Made by a program: the position numbers and the translations under genes. From Gaiellaceae bacterium (GTDB lineage Bacteria; Actinomycetota; Thermoleophilia; Gaiellales; Gaiellaceae), in the NCBI GenBank assembly GCA_048594925.1, contig JBMDXR010000077.1, positions 48,315 through 112,314 on the forward strand: a DNA stretch of 64,000 bases, given 5' to 3'. Below the pieces are notes generated by a model, which ran no database searches, had not been told where the DNA came from, and worked only from the letters and a program-made list of their open reading frames with translations. Position 1 is the stretch's first letter. Each line of letters opens with the position of its first letter. This document shows positions 9,128 through 18,575 of the stretch, piece after piece.

Positions 9128-10099
9128 CTACGGAAGCGGCAGGATCGGCCGGAACGAGCCGTTGCCGTCGGGCTCGAGGCAGACCTCGGAGAAGTACCGC
9201 GTCATTGCCACGCCTTCGACGAAGTCTCCCAGCCGAGGCTCGGGTCGCTCGCCGCGCGCGAGCGCGAGCGCGAGCTCCGGGTAGCGCCCGCCGGCCGCGA
9301 GCGGGACAGGAAAGCCGCCGCCGAACCGCGTGTTGACGTCGGTGATCGGCAGCGAGCCGTCGGGCTCGCGGAAGCACTGGACGTTCGCCGGCCCCTTGAT
9401 GCCCACGGTCTCGGCCACATGGGCGCCGTGCTCGACCAGCTCTCGATCTCGGATCGAGACCCCCTTGATGGACTCGCCGCCCTTGGAGAGCAGCATCGTG
9501 CGCGGGATCGCGTTCAGGCAGCGGGAGTCCATGTCGCAGAAGACGTCGATGGAGAACTCCTCGCCGAGGCAGACCTCCTGGACGAACGAGGGCACTTTCG
9601 CGTACGAAAGGAAGAAGGCGAGCTCCTCGGGGTCGGCCGCGCGATGGATGTTGCGCGCGCCGAATCCCTCACGTGCCTTCACGAGCACGGGATAGCGCAC
9701 ATCGTCCGGCACCTCCTCGGGCGCCCAGCTGCGTGGCGACGGAATGCCCTTCTCGACGAAGAACCTGTGCGCCTCGAGCTTGTCCGACATCCTGTTCGAC
9801 GCCTCGGCGTCCGGCAAGAGCACGAGCGCGGGCGCGAGCTGCTCGCGCTCACGTGAGAGCACCGGGAAGTCGAGGTCGTTCAGCGGGACGACGAGTCGGA
9901 CGTCGTGCTCATCCCGAAGCGCCGCAAGCGCCGGCACGTACGCGGGATCCGCGATTCGCGGAACGATCCGGCGGAGGTCGCAATGGTAGAGCGCCGGCGC
10001 GAGCGGATCCGCGTCGACGCCCAGCGTAAGCGCTCCCGCGGCGCGGAACGCCTTGACGATGTCGACACGCTGGCCAACCGACGTGAACAGCACGACCAT
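9128..10099 (-). CDS. ATP-grasp ligase (carbamoyl-phosphate-synthase-like fold)
   Basis: Internal ATG 10099. Motifs: KLEAHRFFVEKGIPSP, YPVLVKAREGFGARNI, VQEVCLGEEFSIDVF and NTRFGGG. Confidence 0.8.
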   Translation of the reverse strand: MVVLFTSVGQRVDIVKAFRAAGALTLGVDADPLAPALYHCDLRRIVPRIADPAYVPALAALRDEHDVRLVVPLNDLDFPVLSREREQLAPALVLLPDAEASNRMSDKLEAHRFFVEKGIPSPRSWAPEEVPDDVRYPVLVKAREGFGARNIHRAADPEELAFFLSYAKVPSFVQEVCLGEEFSIDVFCDMDSRCLNAIPRTMLLSKGGESIKGVSIRDRELVEHGAHVAETVGIKGPANVQCFREPDGSLPITDVNTRFGGGFPVPLAAGGRYPELALALARGERPEPRLGDFVEGVAMTRYFSEVCLEPDGNGSFRPILPLP

Positions 10100-10244
10100 C
10101 ACGCGCGCCCCCCGCTGGCGTCGGCTACCGCCGGGCCAAGCCTGGCTCCGCCGAAACCTGACGCCCATGAGAGCGCAGCTGAGCAATCATCGAACACGGG
10201 CGAAGAGAGTACTCAGAGGACTCGCAATCCACCCCGCTAAGGTC

Positions 10245-11432
10245 GTGCCCGTGCCCGAGCCGATCCGCATCCTGCGCGTCATCGCCCGGCTCAACATGGG
10301 CGGGCCGGCGATCCACGTCGCGAACCTTGCGGCGGGGCTCGAGACACGCGGATATCACACGACGCTCGTCGCGGGCAGCCTCGCGCGCGGCGAGGACTCG
10401 ATGGCGTACGTGGCCGAGCGGCTCGGGGTCTCGGTCGTCGACGTCCCGGAGATGCAGCGGGAGGTCGCGGCGCTGCAGGACGTGAAGTCGATCCGGCGAC
10501 TCACCGCGATCATGCGCGAGGAGCGCCCGCACATCCTCCACACGCACACCGCGAAAGCGGGCGCGCTGGCGCGGGCCGCGGCGCTCGTGGCGGGTAACGC
10601 GCGTCCGCCGATCATCGTCCATACGTTCCACGGGCACGTTCTCAAGGGGTACTTCGGACCGAGCCGCACCGCTTTCTTCCGCCGAGTCGAGCGCACCCTC
10701 GCGCGCCACTCCGACGTCCTCGTCGCGGTGAGCTCGGAAGTACGCGACGAGCTCGTCGAGCACGGGATCGCACCCCGCGACAAGTTCACCATCATCCGCC
10801 TCGGCATCCCGCTCGACGAGCGGCTCGGCGACGAGACCGTCGACTTCGACTACCGGCACCTGTACGGGATTCCGAAGGACGCCTTCGTCGTCGGCTGGGT
10901 CGGGCGCATGACGGGCGTGAAGGACACGGCAGCCGTTCTCGAGATCGTCCGCGCGACACGGGAGCGAGGCGTCGACGCAGTCCTCTGCATGGTCGGCGAC
11001 GGCCCCGACCGCGAAGGGCTCGAGCAGCTCGCGCACGACCTCGGCATCGCGCGAGCGACGTACTTCGTCGGCTATCAACCCGAGGTGGCCGGCTACTACC
11101 GCCTCTTCGACGCGTTCGTGCTGCCGTCGGTGAACGAGGGCACCCCGGTGAGCGCGATCGAGGCGCTCGCATCGGGCACGCCGGTCGTGGCCACGCGGGT
11201 GGGGGGCGTTCCGGACGTCGTGCGAGACGAGGTCGACGGGTTCCTCGTCGAGCCGGGCGACACCGAGGCCGCCGCGGAGCGGCTCTCCGCCCTCGCGCTC
11301 GATCCGGAGCTGCGGGCGCGTCTCGGCGAGGCAGGGAGCGCTTACGTGCGCGAGCGCTACTCGGTGGAGCGGCTCGTCGACGACGTCGACCGCCTGTACC
11401 GTGCGCTCCTGAAGGGGAAGGGTCTCGTCTGA
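10245..11432 (+). CDS. GT4 (GT-B, Glycos_transf_1) glycosyltransferase
   Basis: Motifs are IRILRVIARLNMGGPAIHV and EGTPVSAIEALASGTPVVATRVGGVPDVV. The start is uncertain: GTG 10245 or 10251 (AAGG upstream), ATG 10167, or the ORF-track start 10053. Confidence 0.8.
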   Translation: MPVPEPIRILRVIARLNMGGPAIHVANLAAGLETRGYHTTLVAGSLARGEDSMAYVAERLGVSVVDVPEMQREVAALQDVKSIRRLTAIMREERPHILHTHTAKAGALARAAALVAGNARPPIIVHTFHGHVLKGYFGPSRTAFFRRVERTLARHSDVLVAVSSEVRDELVEHGIAPRDKFTIIRLGIPLDERLGDETVDFDYRHLYGIPKDAFVVGWVGRMTGVKDTAAVLEIVRATRERGVDAVLCMVGDGPDREGLEQLAHDLGIARATYFVGYQPEVAGYYRLFDAFVLPSVNEGTPVSAIEALASGTPVVATRVGGVPDVVRDEVDGFLVEPGDTEAAAERLSALALDPELRARLGEAGSAYVRERYSVERLVDDVDRLYRALLKGKGLV

Positions 11433-11464
11433 CTGGCGATCCGGCCGCGAAGCGGCCGCGTCAG
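11429..11464. terminator. GC-rich hairpin in a 28-nt convergent gap (possible bidirectional terminator)
   Basis: The inner stem CGGCCGC (11442..11448) pairs with GCGGCCG (11452..11458) around a GAA loop. The outer arms CTGAC (11429..11433) and GTCAG (11460..11464) include both stop codons. There is no U-tract. Confidence 0.35.
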
Positions 11465-12096
11465 GGATCTTCGTGCGACCAGGATCCGCGGCTACGCGGA
11501 TCCTGGTCTTGCGCAGATTGAGTGCGCCAGCCGCCGGTCGCGCCGCGGTAAGTACCGCGAAAGAGCGCAATGGGCGTCCGCAACAGGATCTCGAGATCGA
11601 CACGCGGGGAACGGTTCTCGATGTACCAGACGTCGAGCTCGATGCGGTCTGCCCACGGAAGCTCCGCACGCCCGTGCACCTGGGCCCAACCGGTCAGTCC
11701 CGGCCGAATGTCGAGACGGTGGCGCTGGTGCTCGTCGTACTGCTCGACCTGATAACGCAGGGTCGGTCGCGGCCCGATGATGCTCATGTCGCCTCGAAGG
11801 ACGTTCCAGAGCTGTGGCAGCTCGTCGATCGAGGTCCGGCGGAGGATGCGCCCGACCCTCGTGATCCGGCGATCTCCCCTGTCCACCGCGTATCCGGTAC
11901 CCATGCCCTCGGCGCCGACGACCATGGTGCGGAGCTTCAGCACCTCGAAGTCCACACCGTCCTTGCCCACGCGCGTCTGGCGGTAGAGCACGGGACCGCG
12001 ATCCTCGAGCTTCGTCCCAACGGCGGCGAGGGCGAGGAGCGGGCTGGTGAGCGCGAGCCCGAGGCCCGCGACGGCGACGTCCACGGCTCGGTTCAC
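11461..12096 (-). CDS. polyprenyl-phosphate sugar-phosphate transferase (bacterial sugar transferase, WbaP-C/PglC type), priming enzyme
   Basis: GTG 12096 lies in a GTGA overlap. Motifs are LYRQTRVGKDGVDFEVLKLRTM and DELPQLWNVLRGDMSIIGPRP. The 620-aa ORF-track product is a run-through across the upstream gene. Confidence 0.85.
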   Translation of the reverse strand: MNRAVDVAVAGLGLALTSPLLALAAVGTKLEDRGPVLYRQTRVGKDGVDFEVLKLRTMVVGAEGMGTGYAVDRGDRRITRVGRILRRTSIDELPQLWNVLRGDMSIIGPRPTLRYQVEQYDEHQRHRLDIRPGLTGWAQVHGRAELPWADRIELDVWYIENRSPRVDLEILLRTPIALFRGTYRGATGGWRTQSAQDQDPRSRGSWSHEDP

Positions 12097-13220
12097 CGCG
12101 TGCCCCTGACCTTGTCCCACGTCTGCGGTGTTCCGGAGCGGAGGTAGCTCACGAGCGCCGCGAGCGTCGCCTTCGTGACGACGAAGTAGTAGTAGGCGAG
12201 TCGCGCGCCCGGGATCGGCAGGCGGACCTTCCCGGCCGCCGCGAGCCCGAGCCCGCCGAGCTGGAGCGCGAGGAACACGCGGTAGAACGGCGCGCGGGCG
12301 ACGAGCATGACGTTCGAGACGAGCAGGCCGAGATGGAGGATTCCGGTCGAGTAGCGCAGCACGCGGTGCGAGATCAGCTCGGCCATGTAGAGGGGACGAG
12401 TCGGCCGGAACACCCGGCCGGTGAGGATGTGGCCGAGCGCGCGCGAGATCGTCCGCACCTTGCGGCCGTACTCGTCCTCCGGCTCGGCCGCCGGCTTCTC
12501 GACGGCGACGGCCTCCGGCTCGTACACGGCTCGCCGCCCCATCTGCTCCATGAGGTACGGGAAACCGAAGTCGTGCCCGAACTTGGGGTCGTCCTCGACG
12601 TAGGCATCGCGCTTCACCGCGTAGATCGCCCCGTTGCCGGCCGTGATGGAGCTCGCGAGCGACTCCTGCTCGCGCACCCACATCTCGTAGCGCCAATACG
12701 CGCCCTCCATGTTCGCGCCGTCGGGGCTCTCCAGCCGGAGCTGCCCGCAGACGTAGCCGACCTCGTCGTCGGCGAGGTTGCGGACGAGCGTCTTCAGCGC
12801 GTCGGGATTCCACTCGCTGTTCGCGTCGGTGAACGCAAGGACGTCGCTCGAGGTCTCGCGGACGGAGCGATGCTGCGCCGCCACCTTCCCCTCGCGCGGG
12901 CACTGGAGAAGCCGCACCCGCTCGTGCTCCGCCGCAATCTCGCCGACGATCGCGTCGGTGAGATCCGTCGAGCCGTCGGACGCGACCACGACTTCGAGCT
13001 TCTCCGCGGGGTAGTCGAGCGCGAGCGCGTTCTCGATGCGTCGCCGGATCACCGCCTCCTCGTTGTGCGCGGAGACGACGAGCGCGACCGAAGGCGTCTG
13101 GTCGACCTTGCGAACCGGGCGCGGCCGGACGCGCGCGAGAACGCCCATAGCGAGCGGGTAGCCCGCATGCGTCCACGCGAGGGCGCCGAGCGACCCCCAG
13201 AACACCGCGCGTGCGATCAC
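12093..13220 (-). CDS. membrane-embedded, synthase-like GT2 glycosyltransferase
   Basis: GTG 13220 lies in a GTGA overlap. There is an N-terminal TM, a GT-A core (VALVVSAHNEE, VVVASDGSTD, FTDANSEW) and C-terminal hydrophobic helices (LHLGLLVSNVMLVA, FLALQLGGLGLAAAG). Confidence 0.85.
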   Translation of the reverse strand: MIARAVFWGSLGALAWTHAGYPLAMGVLARVRPRPVRKVDQTPSVALVVSAHNEEAVIRRRIENALALDYPAEKLEVVVASDGSTDLTDAIVGEIAAEHERVRLLQCPREGKVAAQHRSVRETSSDVLAFTDANSEWNPDALKTLVRNLADDEVGYVCGQLRLESPDGANMEGAYWRYEMWVREQESLASSITAGNGAIYAVKRDAYVEDDPKFGHDFGFPYLMEQMGRRAVYEPEAVAVEKPAAEPEDEYGRKVRTISRALGHILTGRVFRPTRPLYMAELISHRVLRYSTGILHLGLLVSNVMLVARAPFYRVFLALQLGGLGLAAAGKVRLPIPGARLAYYYFVVTKATLAALVSYLRSGTPQTWDKVRGTR

Positions 13221-14437
13221 GCGGCGAGCATCTCGCGGACCAACGCCCGGTACCGCTCCATCGCGACCACCCGGTCTGCCTCCTCCTCGACGTACACGCG
13301 ACCGCGTCGGCCCATCTCCTCAAGGTCGAGAGCTCCCTCGGCGGCGTCTCGGATCGTGCGGGCGAGGAGGTCGGGACGCGCCGGAGGGATGACGACGCCG
13401 CACCCGACGTCCTGCACGAGCCGGGCGGTCTCGCTCGAGTCGTCTGCCGCCGCGATCACCGGGCGGCCCGCCGAGAGGATCCCGTACAGGCGGCTCGGGA
13501 CGACGTAGCCGGCGAGGCCCTTGGCGAGTCCGACGACGTGGATGTCGGCGCTCGACAGCGACAGAGGCAGCCGCTCGCGCTTCTGGTACGGGAGGAAGCG
13601 AACCGTCTCGTTGACCTCCAGCCGCTCAGCGAGGGCGAGCATCTCGCCGTGGCGTGCTCCGAAGCCCGCGATCACGAAACGAAGGTCTTCGCGGTCGCGC
13701 AGGAACGTCGCGGCGCGCACGAGGCTGTCGAGATCCTGGGCGTGGCCGACGTTGCCCGAGTGCATGACGACGAAGCGTCCGACGAGGTCGTGCTGCTCGG
13801 CCCACGGGTTGTCGCGCGGCTGCGGGGTGATCGCGCGCGTGTCGACCCAGTTCGGGATGACGCGCAGGCGCTCGGGCGGAGCCCCCTTCGCCTCGAGGCG
13901 CTGCCGCATCGTCTCGCCGATCGCGACGATTCGGTCGGCGCGGCGGAGGTACGCGCCGACGAGGCCGCGGAGGACGCCGATCACGGCCGGGTTCCGGAGC
14001 CGGTCGAGCTCGGTGGCGATCTCCGGGAAGACGTCCTGGCTGATCACGAGCACCAGCGCGCCCACCCGCTTGCCGACGAGCACTCCCAGGTCACCGATGA
14101 TCGGCGGATCCGTCATGCAGACGACGAGGTCGGGCGCGGGGCCGCTCAACGCGTGCTTGAGCGCGCTCCCGAGGTACGAGAAGTAGTTCACCGCCCGCCG
14201 GCCGAGCTCCGAGCGCTCGTACGAGGTCGATGCCACCCGTGTGATGCGGACGCCGTTGTGCTCGAGCTGCCGCGGCTCGTTCTCGTGGCCGTGGAGGACG
14301 CCGGTGACGACCTCGACGTCGTAGTCCTCCGCCAGCGCCTCGCACAGCTCGGTGAGGAGGTGCGCGGTCGCCTCGACGCCCGGCCAGTAGTACTGGTTCA
14401 GGACGAGGATGCGCGAGCGTTCGGGGGTCTCGGTCAC
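13217..14437 (-). CDS. GT4 glycosyltransferase, WcaI-like
   Basis: GTG 14437. The N-terminus ILVLNQYYWPGVEATAHLL and the C-terminal-half motif PSRLYGILSAGRPVIAAAD are present. Confidence 0.85.
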   Translation of the reverse strand: MTETPERSRILVLNQYYWPGVEATAHLLTELCEALAEDYDVEVVTGVLHGHENEPRQLEHNGVRITRVASTSYERSELGRRAVNYFSYLGSALKHALSGPAPDLVVCMTDPPIIGDLGVLVGKRVGALVLVISQDVFPEIATELDRLRNPAVIGVLRGLVGAYLRRADRIVAIGETMRQRLEAKGAPPERLRVIPNWVDTRAITPQPRDNPWAEQHDLVGRFVVMHSGNVGHAQDLDSLVRAATFLRDREDLRFVIAGFGARHGEMLALAERLEVNETVRFLPYQKRERLPLSLSSADIHVVGLAKGLAGYVVPSRLYGILSAGRPVIAAADDSSETARLVQDVGCGVVIPPARPDLLARTIRDAAEGALDLEEMGRRGRVYVEEEADRVVAMERYRALVREMLAA

Positions 14438-14441
14438 GGGC

Positions 14442-16646
14442 TCAGGCTAGTTTGCCCGCGACGGCCTCTCGCACGGCCTCGAGGAAGCCTTCGACGCTCG
14501 GCCCGTAACCCCAGTCGCGGGCGAGCTCACGCGAACGGGCCCCCTGCGCACGGCGGAGCTCCGGGTCAGCGGCGAGCGTGCGGAACGCCTCCGCCGCGGC
14601 ATCGACGTCTCCTGCGGGAACGAGCATGCCGTTCTCCCCGTCGTGCAAGAGATCGTGGGCTGCACCCACGCGGTCCGAGAGCACGAGCGGCAGCCCGCAT
14701 GCTGCCGCCTCGTTGACGACGACCGCCCACGGCTCGCGCTCCGACACGAGGGCGAAGACGTCGGCAGCGACGTACAGCTCGACGATTCGCTTCCAGTCGA
14801 CGTCGCCGGTAAGCACGAGCCGCACCCCTTGCTCGGCAGCAGCGTCCTCGAGCCAGGCCCGCTCCGGCCCCTCGCCAGCGATGACGAGCAGGAGCTTCGC
14901 ATCGCCTGCAGCCGCAACCCCGGCGAGAAGCGTGCCGAGCCCCTTCTCGGGAGCGAGCCGGGCGACGGACAGCACGACGACGTCGTCCTGCTTCGCGCCC
15001 AGCTCCGCGCGCAGGTCCGGCCGCCGACCGGCCAGCTCGTCCGCGCGCCGGCCGAAGTCGTCGACGTCGACGGTGTTCGCGAACAGATGTACGCGCTCGG
15101 GCGGTGCGCCGCGCGAGATCATCGAGTCGCGCGCGAGAGTGCCGGTCACCAGAACGCCCGACGCGCGCTGGACGACCGGCGGGACGACCGTGCCCTTCAC
15201 CGTGCGCCGCCAGCCCGCGCGAGGTCCCTCGTCGTGGCTCTCGACGACGAGGACGTACGGAACGTTCGTGACTCCGCACCAGGCCATCGCCGCCTGCGCC
15301 GCGAACGTGCTCCAGCCCGAGACGACGACGACAGCCGGATTCACGTCCATGAGGGCGCCGACCACGCCCGGCGTCAGCGGGTAGTCGTGGTGCAGGATGC
15401 GCTGCGCCCCCGGCACGCGGAGCCCGCGAAGGAAGGTGGCCCGATGCTTCGGCTCGACGCGCCACGTGCGGCTAGCCACCGTTCCCGCAGCGTAGATCAC
15501 CGTGAGGTCGATCTCGGGCTGTGCGGCGACGCGATCCAGGAGCGGCGCGCGGTAAGGGGTCGGCTCGGGGAACACGGCGGCGACCCGGATCGGCGCCAGG
15601 GCGTCACGACCCGCGAGACGGCGGAGCCAGCCTTCGGCCTCGCGCCGCGCACGGCCGTTCCGACGCCTCTGCCTTCGTCGCTCGAGCACGTGTGCCGGGA
15701 GCCCCGGGTCCAGCCGCAGCGCGTGACCGGCGACGCGCGCACCACCAGACCCCGGGAGCCGCGAGGCAAGCCGCATGAGATCGCGCGCGGCACGCGGACG
15801 CGCACCTCGTCCCCAGCGAGCCTCGAATGCGCCGAGCAGCTCGAGATAGGCGTCGGCTGCCGCGCTCGCCTCGCCAGCGGCGATGGGCTCGGCCACGCCG
15901 ACGCGCCACGCCAGCTCCGATCCTTCGGGCGACAAGTCGGGAGCCTCACGACCGATCGCAGCGCGGGCGACCCTCAGCTGACACTCGCGTTGCAGCTCGC
16001 GGCGGCGCTGAGACGCCTGCTCCGAGTGGACGCGGTAGAGGACGAGCGGGTCGGGGAGATTGTCTCCCTCGGCGACGTCGAGCAGTCGAGACCACAGGTC
16101 GTAGTCCTCGCTCTCCTCGAAGCTCGGGTCGTAGCGAAGCGAATGGCGCTCCAGCACATCTCGCTCCACGACGACGGTCGGGTGGAAGAACGGGGAGCTG
16201 AAGAGAGCGGCCCAACGCACGACGGTCGCCCCGACGGGCATCGAGTGTGGCGAGCCGACGCGTCCGGCGACGTCGAGCTCCATGACCGCGGAGCCGATGA
16301 CGGCCGCCGTCGGCGTGCTGCGAAGCCGAGCGAGCTGCCGCTCGAGCCGCTGGGGCATCGCGACGTCGTCGGCATCGAGCCGCGCGACGAAGGTGCCTCG
16401 CGCCTCGTCGAGCCCACGATTCAGCGAACCTGCGAGACCCAGCTGCTCGTCGTTCCGGATGACCCGCACGCGCGAATCCGCGATTGAGGCCAGGATCGCC
16501 TCCGTGCCGTCGGACGAGGCGTCGTCGACCACGACGAGCTCGAGATCGGAGACCGTCTGGCCCAGAACACTCGCGAGCGCGGTTCGGACGAATGCCTCGC
16601 CGTCGTGAACGGCGACGAGGACGGAGACAAGCGGCGCGGTCGGCAC
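14442..16646 (-). CDS. bifunctional GT2 (N-terminal) plus GT4 (C-terminal) glycosyltransferase fusion
   Basis: N-terminal motifs are VSVLVAVHDGE, LVVVDDASSDGT and RLDADDV. The C-terminal half carries LVSEREPWAVVVNEAAACGLPLVLSDRVGAAHDLL. The start is GTG 16646. The ORF-track start at 16721 is also GTG but would overlap the divergent gene at 16669. Confidence 0.8.
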   Translation of the reverse strand: MPTAPLVSVLVAVHDGEAFVRTALASVLGQTVSDLELVVVDDASSDGTEAILASIADSRVRVIRNDEQLGLAGSLNRGLDEARGTFVARLDADDVAMPQRLERQLARLRSTPTAAVIGSAVMELDVAGRVGSPHSMPVGATVVRWAALFSSPFFHPTVVVERDVLERHSLRYDPSFEESEDYDLWSRLLDVAEGDNLPDPLVLYRVHSEQASQRRRELQRECQLRVARAAIGREAPDLSPEGSELAWRVGVAEPIAAGEASAAADAYLELLGAFEARWGRGARPRAARDLMRLASRLPGSGGARVAGHALRLDPGLPAHVLERRRQRRRNGRARREAEGWLRRLAGRDALAPIRVAAVFPEPTPYRAPLLDRVAAQPEIDLTVIYAAGTVASRTWRVEPKHRATFLRGLRVPGAQRILHHDYPLTPGVVGALMDVNPAVVVVSGWSTFAAQAAMAWCGVTNVPYVLVVESHDEGPRAGWRRTVKGTVVPPVVQRASGVLVTGTLARDSMISRGAPPERVHLFANTVDVDDFGRRADELAGRRPDLRAELGAKQDDVVVLSVARLAPEKGLGTLLAGVAAAGDAKLLLVIAGEGPERAWLEDAAAEQGVRLVLTGDVDWKRIVELYVAADVFALVSEREPWAVVVNEAAACGLPLVLSDRVGAAHDLLHDGENGMLVPAGDVDAAAEAFRTLAADPELRRAQGARSRELARDWGYGPSVEGFLEAVREAVAGKLA

Positions 16647-16668
16647 GACGTCCCGTAGCCTACGGCGG

Positions 16669-17520
16669 GTGCCACGGCAGCTTCCGTCGTTCGACCTCGT
16701 CGTCGCGACGGTGGGCCGCACGGACGAGCTCGGCCGCCTACTGGACTCGATCGCCGCCCAGGACTACGAGCGGCTGCGGGTCATCGTCGTCGACCAGAAC
16801 GTCGACGACCGCGTCGCCGACATCGTCGACGGGCGCGACCTCATCCTCCAACGAGTGCGCTCGCAGCGCGGTCTATCACGTGCGCGCAACGCTGCGCTCC
16901 CGCTGATCGAGGCCGACGTCGTCGCCTTCCCAGACGACGACTGCGTCTATCCGCCGGGGCTGCTTTCGTCCGTTGCGGCGCGGTTCGCCGATGACCCGGA
17001 GCTTGCCGGCCTGAGCGGTCGGGCAGAGGACACGAGCGGTGGATCGGCGGCGTCCTGGAAGAACGACGCCGCAACGCTGACCGACGACAACCTCTGGAAC
17101 CGAGCGATCTCCTTCGCCGTCTTCCTGCGACGAGAGGTCGTCGAGCGCGTGGGCTCCTTCGACGAGCGACTCGGCCTGGGATCGAGCGAGCCGTGGGGAT
17201 CCGGCGAGGAGATCGACTACGTCGTGCGCGCCGTGCGTCGAGGCGCCCGGATCGAGTACGACCCGGCGCTCGTCGTTCGGCACGAGGTTCGCGAGAACGA
17301 TCCGGAGATCGGTTACCGCGACGGCGCCAGCGTCGGCTACCTCCTGCGCAAGCACGCCTACCCTGCCAATGTCGTCGCCCGCATGCTCGCTCGCCCGCTC
17401 GGCGGCATGGTCATGTCAGCCGTCACGCTGGACGGAGCGCGAGCTCGCTACCGGCTTGCGACGCTCCGGGGCCGCATTCGCGGCTATCTGGGCGGGAAAC
17501 GCGCGAAGAGCTCCGTGTGA
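16669..17520 (+). CDS. GT2 glycosyltransferase
   Basis: GTG 16669. Motifs: FDLVVATVGRTDEL, VIVVDQN and AFPDDDCVY (DxD). The 3' end overlaps the convergent gene by 37 nt. Confidence 0.8.
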   Translation: MPRQLPSFDLVVATVGRTDELGRLLDSIAAQDYERLRVIVVDQNVDDRVADIVDGRDLILQRVRSQRGLSRARNAALPLIEADVVAFPDDDCVYPPGLLSSVAARFADDPELAGLSGRAEDTSGGSAASWKNDAATLTDDNLWNRAISFAVFLRREVVERVGSFDERLGLGSSEPWGSGEEIDYVVRAVRRGARIEYDPALVVRHEVRENDPEIGYRDGASVGYLLRKHAYPANVVARMLARPLGGMVMSAVTLDGARARYRLATLRGRIRGYLGGKRAKSSV

Positions 17521-18557
17521 CGGTCGAGCCATGGCTCCAGCGCGAACCGATCGACCGCGCGGCGCCTGGCTGCGGCCCCGTACGTCGGTAGGTCGGCGAG
17601 CACACGTGCGACGGCGTCCGCGAGCGCTTCCGGGCTCGGCGGCTCGTCGCGCTCGAACCCGTCCGGATGCGGGACGCCGATGCCGGCGTCGTCGCCGACC
17701 AGCTCGGGCACGCCGCCGCTCCGGGGGTACACCACTGGGAGCCCGGTTGCCATCGCCTCGATCACGAGGCTGGGACACGGGTCGTTGACCTTCGTGTGCA
17801 GGAGGACGTGGGCACGCCGGAAGAGCGCGGGTGCGTCCGCCTGGGAGTAGCGCCCGAGGACGTGCACACGCCCCCGGAGGCCCAGCCGCTCGACGAGCGG
17901 CTCCACGGGGGTGACAAGCCGACCCGTGACGAGCAGCTGTGCGTCGGGATTCGACGGGAGCAGCGCTGCGAGCGTCTCGAGCCCGAGCACGAGACGGTAG
18001 GCCTGGTACTGGTCGCCGCCGAGGAGCAGGATCGGGCCGTTCTCGGGAGCACGCTCGGCCGGCGTGAAGTGCCCGACGTCGACCGCGTTGTGGAGGATCT
18101 CCCATGAGGCGGCGGGCTCTCCGATCCACTCGTCGGCTGCCCGCTTGCAGAACTCGCTCTGGTAGAGGACGTGCTCAGCGGCGCCCACGACGAGCCGCAG
18201 CCGCCGGTTGAACGCCTCTGTGCCCCCGCCCGCCCAGCCGGGGTACCCGACACCGTTCTGGTTGAGCAGGAGGGGGACTCGACGACGCCGCGCATGCCAG
18301 AGCAGCGGACGCAGGTCACGCGGCAGCCACGTCGAGCCGAGGTAGAGCAGTGAGAAGTCGGTCGGATGGTTCGGAAAGCGCGTAGCGAGGCGCTGGAACT
18401 TCGCGGACCCGCCCGCGACGGCCTCGCCCGGGGCCGGCACCACGTCGTGCCCATAGAAGACGCGCGTTCCCGGTGCCGGCTTCCCGCTCGTGAGGAGCCG
18501 CGCCCAGCGCGCGCCGGCGCGCGTGTGTCGGCCGACCCTGGCGAGGCTCAGCTCCAC
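17484..18557 (-). CDS. GT-B (GT4-like) glycosyltransferase
   Basis: The C-terminal motif is LHTKVNDPCPSLVIEAMATGLPVVYPRSGGVPELV. The N-terminal boundary is not verified. Confidence 0.75.
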   Translation of the reverse strand: MELSLARVGRHTRAGARWARLLTSGKPAPGTRVFYGHDVVPAPGEAVAGGSAKFQRLATRFPNHPTDFSLLYLGSTWLPRDLRPLLWHARRRRVPLLLNQNGVGYPGWAGGGTEAFNRRLRLVVGAAEHVLYQSEFCKRAADEWIGEPAASWEILHNAVDVGHFTPAERAPENGPILLLGGDQYQAYRLVLGLETLAALLPSNPDAQLLVTGRLVTPVEPLVERLGLRGRVHVLGRYSQADAPALFRRAHVLLHTKVNDPCPSLVIEAMATGLPVVYPRSGGVPELVGDDAGIGVPHPDGFERDEPPSPEALADAVARVLADLPTYGAAARRRAVDRFALEPWLDRHTELFARFPPR

Positions 18558-18575
18558 CGACGAGCCTGCCCGGTC

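Noticed and set aside
11461-13323. Apparent giant fusion proteins in the ORF track. Examples are 11461-13323 (620 aa), 20366-22513 (715 aa), 27092-29140 (682 aa), 50673-53450 (925 aa), 44570-46234 and 62340-63944.
   Set aside because: Only the C-terminal parts carry recognisable domains. The N-terminal parts are Arg-rich run-through across the upstream gene in another frame. In each case a GTG or ATG sits exactly at the upstream stop (GTGA/ATGA) and yields a canonical N-terminus.
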